In this document: positions 49,382 to 59,135 of the stretch, piece by piece | Layout of the letters: each line of letters opens with the position of its first letter | Numbering within the stretch: the stretch's first letter is position 1 | IMG/VR virus record: IMGVR_UViG_3300037455_000543 | Location: 1-59,135 of that record | DNA length: 59,135 bases | DNA from: a virus | Taxonomy: Duplodnaviria > Heunggongvirae > Uroviricota > Caudoviricetes | Direction: 5' to 3' (one strand) | Notes under the pieces: generated by a model | The model's input: only the letters and a program-made list of their open reading frames with translations | Told to the model about the DNA's origin: nothing | The model's database searches: none | Position numbers and translations under genes: made by a program

Positions 49382-50050
49382 ATGGAAATTAAGCACGAAA
49401 TAGTAAAACAATTACGTAACGAAGCTAATACGGGTTATGGTATAGTTGTCGCTGGAAAGGCATTAAAACGGTTTAATGGCGATTATGAAAGAGCAAAGGT
49501 ATCGCTTAAAAACCATCGTTGGAGTACGCCTTTATCTGGCGTTGTCTATCATGAACCGGATGAAGACGATGTTGATTATATTGATGTCGAAAATTTCAAA
49601 GAATTTGATCAAGATTTCAAGGCATGGCGTTATGCAAGACATATTGAAGTGAAGCTCAAAGATGACGGAACTATTGACTACGACGGTTCTGGCTGGCCAA
49701 GACCTATTTCTGAAATCAGAGAACTTGAAGAATTTGTAAAGCAAAGAAAGGAAGCTGCAGAACATTGGACACCGCAAATTACTGTTTCTGATATTATTAT
49801 GTCTAGTGTAAACCAATTTAACGCTGGCATTAAGTTTAGGGACCAATGGTTTGTTGCCGAATTTTCAAGAAAATATATTCAAGATTCTGGTATGCATGTA
49901 TGGCAATATGCAACGAAGTACGATGATTATTTTATAACTTTGAGATTCCCGATGGATCAATATATGGAATGGAATAAAATCGTATTTGACGGTAATAACT
50001 ATATCTTTAACGGTAAATCAGTTTCATTGAAAAAATTAATGGGAAAATAA
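49382..50050 (+). CDS. Hypothetical protein with EF-Ts N-terminal (UBA-like) domain
   Basis: IVKQLR..G.G....KAL...NGDYERA...LK. Confidence 0.55.
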   Translation: MEIKHEIVKQLRNEANTGYGIVVAGKALKRFNGDYERAKVSLKNHRWSTPLSGVVYHEPDEDDVDYIDVENFKEFDQDFKAWRYARHIEVKLKDDGTIDYDGSGWPRPISEIRELEEFVKQRKEAAEHWTPQITVSDIIMSSVNQFNAGIKFRDQWFVAEFSRKYIQDSGMHVWQYATKYDDYFITLRFPMDQYMEWNKIVFDGNNYIFNGKSVSLKKLMGK

Positions 50051-53000
50051 TATGAGCTTTGCGATAGATGTTAGATGCCTTAAAGGCATGTATAAGCAAT
50101 ATGGCGCATTACCTATTTTTGTCAGAGACAGGAAAGGAATAGAGAAGCCTGGTAAATTTGTTCCATTACATTCATTTTTCGAAGGTTATTACTGGAATGT
50201 AATGACCATCGATGACTTGGATGAGGAAGATAAGAAAATTACCATCATTGGAGGACCGGATGATGGTAAGTGTCCATATCCTAGAGGCTATAAGCAAGAT
50301 ACTCTTGAATTCGTAGAAACGAATACATGGGCTGACTTTGACTGGTGTATTGTACATTGCAATGGCAAGTTTGGTCCTAATGCTCCGTGTTTTACAGAAG
50401 TAAACGTCTATGATGATAAAGTTGTATTCTTTGAGAATACTGAACGTATTCTGGAATGGCAAGCTAAATGTCTTAAAGAAAAAGAAGAACGAGAAAAGAA
50501 AGCGGCACAACGGGGAGTTTTCTGCGGTCAAGGAAATGATGTTATTCCGTTGCCAATGATTAGAAGAGCATATCCTAAGCTGTTTTCTGATGTATTAGTG
50601 GACGTAAAACCGAAAAAACAGCCAGAAAGTTCATATTATAAGTTAAGATGTATTGATGGCGCAGAAGTAACAGACGGAGTATTATCATGGGTAAGAAAAA
50701 AGAAACAATAGAGTTTTTAGCAGAAATTTCAGAATTTGAAGATAGATTCGAAAGAATTGGTAAAGAAGTAATACCGGAATTAGAAACCTATAATGTAGCT
50801 GCTGAAGTGTCTTATGATGCCTGGAATTACAGCGATACATTATTAAAATATGAAGTTAAACATTTCAAGTATAACGAGTTCGATATATACTTCGAATACG
50901 ACTCCGTATGTGCGACCATAAGCGAAAAACAGGTTTGGATAAAGATAACACCTTATGACACGTTTGACGTCCTTGGAGACGTGTTTCTGTGCGATTTTAT
51001 AGACTTTAAGGATGATGACTGGTATGTGCAATCACCGATAGACACTAATAACTCAGAAATTTCTCATCCGATAGTATTGACAGATTCAATGATAAAATCT
51101 ATATTTGAAAAGGTAAAGTCTTATGGAATTTAGGTGGTCAGTTTTAACATATCCGTTTTCGCAAATAGATCTCTTCCCAGCGATCTATAAGTATTCTATT
51201 GCATACCATTTTGACATTCCATCAGATAATTCGAAAAATAAATCTACTATGCCAGTTATGCCGCTAACTGAAGATTATATCTTCTCGCCAGATAAAGAGA
51301 TTCGACATTTACCAATGGATGTTTATGCAATTGATGGCAATGTTATGATATATGTAGATTTTGCGGAAATGAATAAGCCTATAGTAGATAGCGTCTTAAA
51401 GCAGAAACTCAAAGAAATTGAGTCTGATGAAAAAGGTTCATCGGTCGACGATGATTTGGGTTTTTAACAAGGATTAAATAATGGCTAATTATCATGTTGG
51501 ATGTGGACTGGCAGGAATTTATGCCGGAACTATTTCTAAACCTGGTGTTTGGAAAGTAAAGAACGATGTTACTGATGAGGCAATCTGTGCTGTCGCTGAT
51601 TATATGCGAGGCAAGATTGAAAATGGCAGTGACACCTATGAAATTACTTGGAAGCTTCCAACCGGTCGAAAGATTATCATGTCTTTGACCGTTGATGATC
51701 GTAATGTTGAGGCTAGCAAATGACAGATGCTGAAATTCCAAAAATTTGCAGAGATTGTAAACATTGTCAGAGATATCATGAAATCTCTGACTGGATGCCA
51801 CATTGGCTTCCTTGGAAATATAACTGTGATGTTGTAAAGTCGGGCACTGCAAAACAATGGTCTTACGAGCATAACGATTATATTTGTTTGAAAAAGGAAT
51901 AATATGAAGTTAAGAATCAAAGATCCTGTTGAATTATGCTGTGCAAAATGTCGTAAAAAGATTATTGTAAATCCTGAAGAAGTACACTATGAAGCGGATA
52001 TATGCGATACCCGTTCAATGGGACCTGAGATTCAACATACTTTAGGATATTGTAATGAGTGTCCGCGTTGTAAACTTGCATATTATTTCAATATAGATGC
52101 TTTTGAATATCCATCTGATTGTATTAATTATGTCGAGTACGAAACAAATGGTGCAAGCTGGTGGCAAAATAATAAGCCTATATTATTAGATGAAAATGGA
52201 AACGAGGTCAAATATGACACCTGATGAGTTTGACAAGAGGCTTGATGAATATCGTCATGCCAAATATGATATTATAGAAAATTTTGATACTGAACTATAT
52301 GATTGCTTTGAAGACCTGGTTTCTTTAAAAGATGATACATTAGAACATTTTGACTATTACGATTATGATGATGAATGGACAGCATGTTCTGACCTTAAAG
52401 ATAATGCTTGTTATATTATAAATGTTCCAGGCTATATTGTTAAAAGGTGGTTTGAAGGCAAGAAAGAAGAAGCCAAAGAAGCATTGAAGAAAGCACAAAA
52501 AACAAACGGCCGTTATCGATTAAAAAGGGAATAAGATGACAGCAGAAGAAGCAAGACAACTTAGACATTCAAAAGAAGACGAACAAATAGGGCATAAAAA
52601 TACATTCAATCTTCTTGTTGGCGATTATGTCGATATGATTGAAAGTAAAATCAGAAGTGTCGCTAGATATACTGACGCTGGTATTTATCCGCTTCCTGAT
52701 TTATGTAATAGGGCAGATGTCGTAGAAAAAATAGTAGATACTTTAAGAACTGACGGATTTACAGTTTCAGTCGAAACAAAATACCGTTTTGATATTAAAG
52801 CATGTTATTTTGACTTGTACATTACTTGGAGAAAACCCAATGAACAACAAGCCTAAAGATCGTTATGAAAATAAACTAAATCGGTTTATTAAAGAATGTG
52901 ATAAAAGGTGGAGAGAACTAAGGAACTCTACACCTGAATATTGTCATATTCTCGGTTTATATAATAAAATTGCAGAAGACGTTCAAAAAGAACTTGGTTT

Positions 53001-56000
53001 AACAGAAGATGATGTGCAACGTGCATGGTCTTTAAGACGTCATCATAGCGATAGGCATTTCTGGTGTGATTCTGAATTTCATAAAGGCGAACAGAAACAA
53101 AATGCTATTGCAAAAGCTGAAAGAAAATTAAAACCTGCTGATGAAGTTCTTGAACAAGAATTAAAAGATGAAGACGATTGGATTATGGATGTATATGATG
53201 CATACTATGACCCGGAGGATATGAGTAGATAATGTTACAAGATGATCTTAGATATATGATGGATAACGTTAATTTACCTGATGATATGGTGATGAAGCCA
53301 CTATCTATTGCGTTATGCGTTAGATTAAAAAATGCATTATCGCAAATTAGTTTTTCCAAGGAAACTTCAGGTGAAGTTGAAATTATAAAGTGGCCGTTTG
53401 AATTCGATATACGTGCTTTAACTGATGCTGGACCTGATCCAATAGGACATGATCCGGTAAGCCACATAATGGTGGTAATAACAAATGAATGTATAGAGAG
53501 ATTTAAATCCTATAAGCCGTTTACGGTTAATTTCTGTGGAATATATAGAACTGATGTAATCGGTAAATTTAATGTTATTTTTAAGATAGTCAAATGAGTG
53601 AAGAAATAGAAAATAAAAACTGGTCAGAATGGCTTGACTGGTCACAGACTGATATTTATGACACTATCTATGACAACGTTCCAGGTAGTTATTGGGGCGA
53701 TATAGATATCGAACTTAAGTTGAAAGATGGTTCTATTATGAAGGCATATATGGAACCATATGAAGAATATACAGAAGATGACTATTGGAAGTCATATGAT
53801 TTGACTGATGAACATTATAACTGGCCAATAAAAACAGACAATGTTGTAGAATGGCGTTATTTAAATGAATGGGAGAATGAAACATGAGCTATAATCATGA
53901 AGCAGACCTTGAATATTTTAAACGAAATCAAACTGAATTTGTTAAAAAGTATAATGGTCTAGAACTTGTTATTAAAGACTGTAATTTAATTAATGCATTT
54001 GATTCGCTTGGTGATGCGTATAATTATGGATGTAGATTTTTAGGTGCAGGCAATTTTACAATTCAACATTGTATTCCGGGCGAAGAAGCATATACCATAA
54101 ATAGTCCTTACATAGAATCTGCTGCAAATGCTCAAGCATATTTTCAGTCATATAGAGGGCTTTGTAATTTAAGGGTTAAATATGCCAATTTTATGTCTGA
54201 TGGTTTTGAACAGATGCATTTGAACGACGTAATCACTCCGGAATGGGTTCAGAAGAAAATTGCATTTTGGGCTAAAGTTAGAGATTATTGGAAAAATAAG
54301 TTTGAAGAGTCTAAGCAAAAAGAAGACCAATATTTTCACAAAGGATAAGTTATGGATGTATTTCAACAGAATATGATTAATGCCATGATTGAATCAAATA
54401 GAACTATTTTCTATTTTGATGTTGTAGGTGAAATTGACGAAGATAAATTTAAAAAACAATTCAATACTGATAATTACTTTATTTTGAAAATATGCAAGAT
54501 TGAAGAGATTGTTTTGTATCTTAATAGATTATATAATGAAGTTGATAAAAACGGTTCATTTGACGACCTTGGAATAATCGTCAATGATATACGACATTTT
54601 ACCAGTGAATATCAAAACCAAATGATGTCTGATAAAATGTTGGAAATGTATATGGCTAATTATACAAAGTTGTTCTTAGCTATGATACGAGATTTAGCAA
54701 TTAAAGGCGTTCCTGTGTATATGGTTGGAAATACGCCGAAAAAGGATGAAAGATAATTATGGAAGACGAAAAGAATGATGGTCTTCGATTGGGCGATTTT
54801 GCAGAACTCGGCCGAATGATTAAATATATTGACCGACATGATGAAGAAGAAATTAAGGCGATTACAAAGAAAGAAGCTGAGATAGAATTAGCGCGTGCAG
54901 AACAAAACCTTAAACGTGCGGAAGAAAATATCGTTGGCGACTAAAATGGATAAATACTATTACTTTCATAAACGATATAAGATATGGATGCATAGAACGC
55001 CTTTAAAACTGTTCATTAATCCGATATTAAGGTTTATCCAGTTTTGGACAATGAAACCTTTTGTAATAGCCAGCGATACTGATTTTGATGAAAAAGGTAA
55101 ACCGCATTTTATGGGTTACTGTATTTGTAAAACAGAATACGTAAAAGAAAAAATCAATGAAGAAGACTTGATTAATATAGAGGATTTTTAAATGACTAAT
55201 TTTATAAAATTTGAATTTCTTGTATCTTGTGCGATGTATACATATGATACTCAATGTATAACTATGCGGGATCTTGAATCGTATCGAGTAAGATTAGAAG
55301 AAGAGTTCAGAAACCGCAATATTGATGCAATGTTTTTGATTTCAAATAAGTATGCAGAACAGATGGTTTATGAAAATCCTGGCGTTTTTGAATTAATATG
55401 TGATGGAACTGCTGTTAGAAGAAATGATAACATTTCGCTTGATGATATCATGGAAAAATATTTGTCGTATATGTCTAATGATGACTTATGGGCGGTTTAT
55501 GAATTAAAGGCAAAAATTGAAAAGGAACAGAACATGGCTAGAATAGAAATTGAACTGAACAATGACGAAGTTGAGATGTTAAATGGTTGGATTGGCCAAA
55601 TGTCAGATGGTGTAGGCGAAAATTCTGATTGGTGCAGATATTATTATCCATATATAGAATTTGACAATAACGGTGTTTTATATAATAAGACAGCAGCACG
55701 TTTTAAGGGTAAATCTGATAAAGATATTTTAAAGATGCTAGGAAAGAAGTTTATCAAGATTACAGAAATGGGCTCTATGTATTGTACTGAAGCCGAATTG
55801 TATTTTGATTTTGTTCCGAATGCTGAACATGATAAGCGAGACGATATTATTCTTGGTCAAAAAACAGCTAATTCTATTGTCGAAAAGTTTACTGGCGAAA
55901 AAGACTATTTTGAAGTAGATGACGAAGAAGAGCTTAATGCAAGGCTGCAAGAACAGCAAAAAGAATTTGACGAACTGCATGGAAAAGTTATGAAAGGATT

Positions 56001-56113
56001 GGATGATCTTTATAACGATCTTGCTGATTTGACTGGCGACGAAGATTTACGTGATCCAGAAAAACGCCGTATGGACCCTGATGAATTTTATAAACAACTC
56101 AAAGAATTGAATA

Positions 56114-56677
56114 ATGGATAATAGACTTTTTGTAATTAGTGCGGCAAGTGGTGTAGGAAAAACTACCTTGGTTAACATGGTTATCAAGGATTTTTCGGAT
56201 ATTAAGTATTCTATTTCTGCGACGACACGTAAGCCACGTGAAGGAGAGATAGATGGCATTCATTATTTCTTTAAGTCTAGGGAAGAATTTGAACAGCTGA
56301 TTAATGAAGACGGACTTGTAGAATATAACGAAGTATACGGTAATTATTATGGAACGCCTAAGAGTTTTGTAGAAAAAACATTGGCAGATGGTAATAGGGT
56401 TCTGTTTATTCTTGACGTATTTGGTAAAGTCAATTTTGATAAGGTATATCCAGAAGCTACTGGTATATTGATTATGCCACCTAGCATAGAGGAACTTGAA
56501 AGACGACTTCGTGCTCGTGGAACAGACAGCGAAGAAGTTATACAGCTTAGACTTGCAAATGCTAAAAAAGAAATAGATTTTGCTACAACTAAGGGCAAAT
56601 ATGAACATATCGTCATAAATGACGATTTACAGAAAGCTGCTGATGAACTTAGAAATATTTTAAAGGGTGACAGATAA
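56114..56677 (+). CDS. gmk: Guanylate kinase
   Basis: SAASGVGKTT, SATTRKPREGEIDGIHYFF, YYGT, PPS.EELERRL..RG. Confidence 0.95.
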   Translation: MDNRLFVISAASGVGKTTLVNMVIKDFSDIKYSISATTRKPREGEIDGIHYFFKSREEFEQLINEDGLVEYNEVYGNYYGTPKSFVEKTLADGNRVLFILDVFGKVNFDKVYPEATGILIMPPSIEELERRLRARGTDSEEVIQLRLANAKKEIDFATTKGKYEHIVINDDLQKAADELRNILKGDR

Positions 56678-56779
56678 ATGGAAATTATTGTAGAAATAAT
56701 TGGAGCTATATTAGAAGCATTATGTGTTTCTGATTTTAGGTTTAGCGATAAAGATAATAAGTGATAATTTTGAGGTTAA

Positions 56780-58388
56780 AATGGTTAATTTTAGATTATA
56801 TTGTGGCGGGCTTGAAAAGCATGAAGTAGAGTTTACCAAGATTGATGACTTAAAGAAAGATGAATTGATGAAGAAACGTCTTTTTGACAAAGATGGTTCT
56901 TTACGCCAATTTACTTATCGTGATACGCTTGAACCTAAGTATGATAGAAGTCTTGAACATTATAGCTTAGTTCTTTTTGATGAGAACGGATGGCGAGATG
57001 CATATTTAGAATCATCTAATCCTGAAGAAATTGCAGAAGCAGTTAAAAAATTAAATGTTATACCTTTTGTAAAATAAAAAATTTGGTAGATTATGATAAG
57101 ATATCATGAAATAATTGGTTACATAGACGATACATTTGCAAAGTATAGAAAAGAAGAATGCACTCCGGATTCTGAATGGAAGCCATATTCTTTTTATAAA
57201 TGGCTTGACGATGTAAGAGTTGGTTATTCTGTATATTGTGGCGCTGTTATGCATGAACTTAAAGAACTGATTGAACGATATCAGCAAGATCAACAGATAA
57301 AATTTACCGATGAAGAAATGGGTAAATTATTTTCTATATTTGAAACAGCGAATAACCAAGATAATGACGATGACGCATGGACTGATATTATGTTTCGTGA
57401 TAAGTTTTGGTTTATGGACACATTTAGAGAAATATTAGCTAACTATAAGGTAGCGCATTAAACATAAGGAGATTAAAATGTTGTGGACACTTATTCTTTC
57501 AATGACTATTTGGACACAAAGTGGAGCTTCCACTCATACAATCACTGTACCAAATATTCCTACTAGAGAAGCATGCCGAGCTACAGGACAACAGCATGTA
57601 GATAAGTATACTGCTCAATGGCCTCACATGCGTAATACATTTTCTGCGGTTTATACTTGTGTAGAACAAGGAAAGTTTTAATATGGAAGCATTTTTTGAA
57701 ATAATTTTAGCAGCACTTGATGCTCTTTGCTGGATGGATTTTGACTTCGGCAAGAAAAAGGAACGAAAGTAATGAAACGATATTTGTTTAAATATACAGA
57801 TAATGATACTAAGCAAAGTTTTAATGCAGTTATTGAAGCACCCGATAAAGAAGCTGCATATTATTATTGGAAAGAAGCTTATTTATCTGAGAAATGCGTA
57901 GTAGATAATATTATAGATTTATGACAGTAGAAGAAGTTAAAGCGTTGTTACAAGAAAGTAACGAAGCAGATTATAAGAAAGCTAGAGAAAAAATTGATAA
58001 GTTAGCTAAGAAAAGGTTGACAGACGATACTCCAATTTACTATATTGCAGGTAAATATAATGGTTTCTCTGCAGTTGGTCATAAGCTAACCGCATTTGTT
58101 GAATATGATAATCAAGTTATTCTGATTATTTTTGATTCGTTTTCATGTAAGGCCCGTGACCAAGGTCCAGTTCATGCAGATCTTGATGTTTTTACATTGA
58201 ATAATGGTTATAGACATGATGACCTTAAAAATGACGGAAGTTTCCTTTTGGAAGGTAGTACATTAGGTGATAAGGAAATGTTCTTTAAATATATTAATGC
58301 AATGGTTGACGGTTATACTGAACATAGAATTTTAGATAGAAATATTGATTTAAGAGATCTTTTAAATTTACCGAAAAAGGAAGATTAA
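56780..58388 (+). other. Small hypothetical ORFs
   Basis: ORFs at 56780, 57093, 57478, 57683, 57772, 57921. Confidence 0.6.
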
Positions 58389-58389
58389 T

Positions 58390-58914
58390 ATGACAGATTT
58401 AGAATATTTAACTGATACTCTCGAAGGCTTAGGTTTTTATTATACAATTAAAAATCCACCACAGCCAGTTCCAACAGATGCAGTCTGTAATTTATGTGTT
58501 GTTTTAAATACTGGTTTAACTGTTTATAAAGAAGAAGTCTTGTTTTATTTCAAAAATGAAAAATTTGTAGTTGGTGCTCCATCTCAGCCATGTAATCCTA
58601 AATTAATTTTTGATAACCTTACAGAGATGATTGAGGATTTATTATCTGCATTAACACCGGATCGTAAAGTCACTCCAGGAAGCAAATGGAAGCACTTTAA
58701 GGGCACAACAGCAGAAGTCATTACTCTTTGTAAGCATTCTGAAACCGGTGAAGATTTGGTTGTCTATAAGTGTTCTGGAAACAAGGGTAAAACTAACCAT
58801 GAAGATGGAATCTATGCTAGACCGATAGAAATGTTCCTTTCTGAAGTTGACCATGAAAAATATCCAGATGTAAAACAGAAATACCGTCTTATAAAGGTAA
58901 GCGATGGAGAATGA
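58390..58914 (+). CDS. DUF1653 domain protein
   Basis: WKHFKG..HSETGEDLVVY..YARP..MF.SEVD..KYP. Confidence 0.8.
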   Translation: MTDLEYLTDTLEGLGFYYTIKNPPQPVPTDAVCNLCVVLNTGLTVYKEEVLFYFKNEKFVVGAPSQPCNPKLIFDNLTEMIEDLLSALTPDRKVTPGSKWKHFKGTTAEVITLCKHSETGEDLVVYKCSGNKGKTNHEDGIYARPIEMFLSEVDHEKYPDVKQKYRLIKVSDGE

Positions 58915-59135
58915 TATAATAAATTATCGAATCCAGATGACTAACGATGCCGTATTCCATGTTATTATCAGTCTTTGCAAGGATAAGGAAATATGGTCAC
59001 GGTTTACTACAAAGCCCTGGTGTGAAACCAGTGCCGTAGCCAGTGTGTTTTCTTGTGATTTTTCTATTTGCGATAAGGTGAATGCCGATATGAAACTTGC
59101 CGCCAAAAGTTTGAACGTATTTTCGTCAGAAGGTG
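58904..59135 (+). CDS. Hypothetical protein (truncated by window end)
   Basis: ATG after AAGG, open to the end of the window. Confidence 0.5.
   Translation, partial: MENDIINYRIQMTNDAVFHVIISLCKDKEIWSRFTTKPWCETSAVASVFSCDFSICDKVNADMKLAAKSLNVFSSEG

Larger units (their letters stand above)
42330..56121 (+). other. Long array of about 35 small, mostly hypothetical co-directional ORFs
   Basis: Dense stop/start-coupled ORFs in the six-frame track. Confidence 0.7.

Noticed and set aside
1-59135. Alternative genetic code (stop-codon reassignment)
   Set aside because: Genes are intact in code 11, TAG and TGA end genes at sensible positions, and no suppressor (CTA/TCA anticodon) tRNA was found
1-59135. 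CRISPR array, IS element or integrase
   Set aside because: No regularly spaced direct repeats, transposase or recombinase motifs seen

Overview
AT-rich segment of a large T4-like lytic phage genome. T4-like features: TATAAATA late promoters and gp2-, gp3-, RNase H-, DHFR-, gp17- and gp21-like genes. The host is probably a rumen or gut fibrolytic bacterium such as Fibrobacter, inferred only from a secreted GH10 xylanase-CBM6 with a Fibrobacter-like C-terminal tail. The window holds 21 tRNA genes in three clusters, translation and stress genes (ppGpp hydrolase, Pth2, Thg1-like, EF-Ts-like domain, PARG, SLOG, TerD-domain protein), metabolic genes (AroE, Gmk, MFS, GT2) and many small hypothetical ORFs. 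Main discovery: both complete tRNA operons start with promoter, short leader peptide and an overlapping antiterminator/terminator, and each leader's codons match the anticodons of the tRNAs directly downstream. Leader 1 is rich in Leu, Ser(AGY) and Trp; leader 2 in Ser(TCN), Tyr, Cys, Ile, Gln(CAG) and Met. This looks like ribosome-mediated attenuation that switches on phage tRNAs when the matching host tRNAs are depleted. Several unexplained structured RNAs lie in and around the clusters. All protein calls are by motif recognition; no database searches were run.
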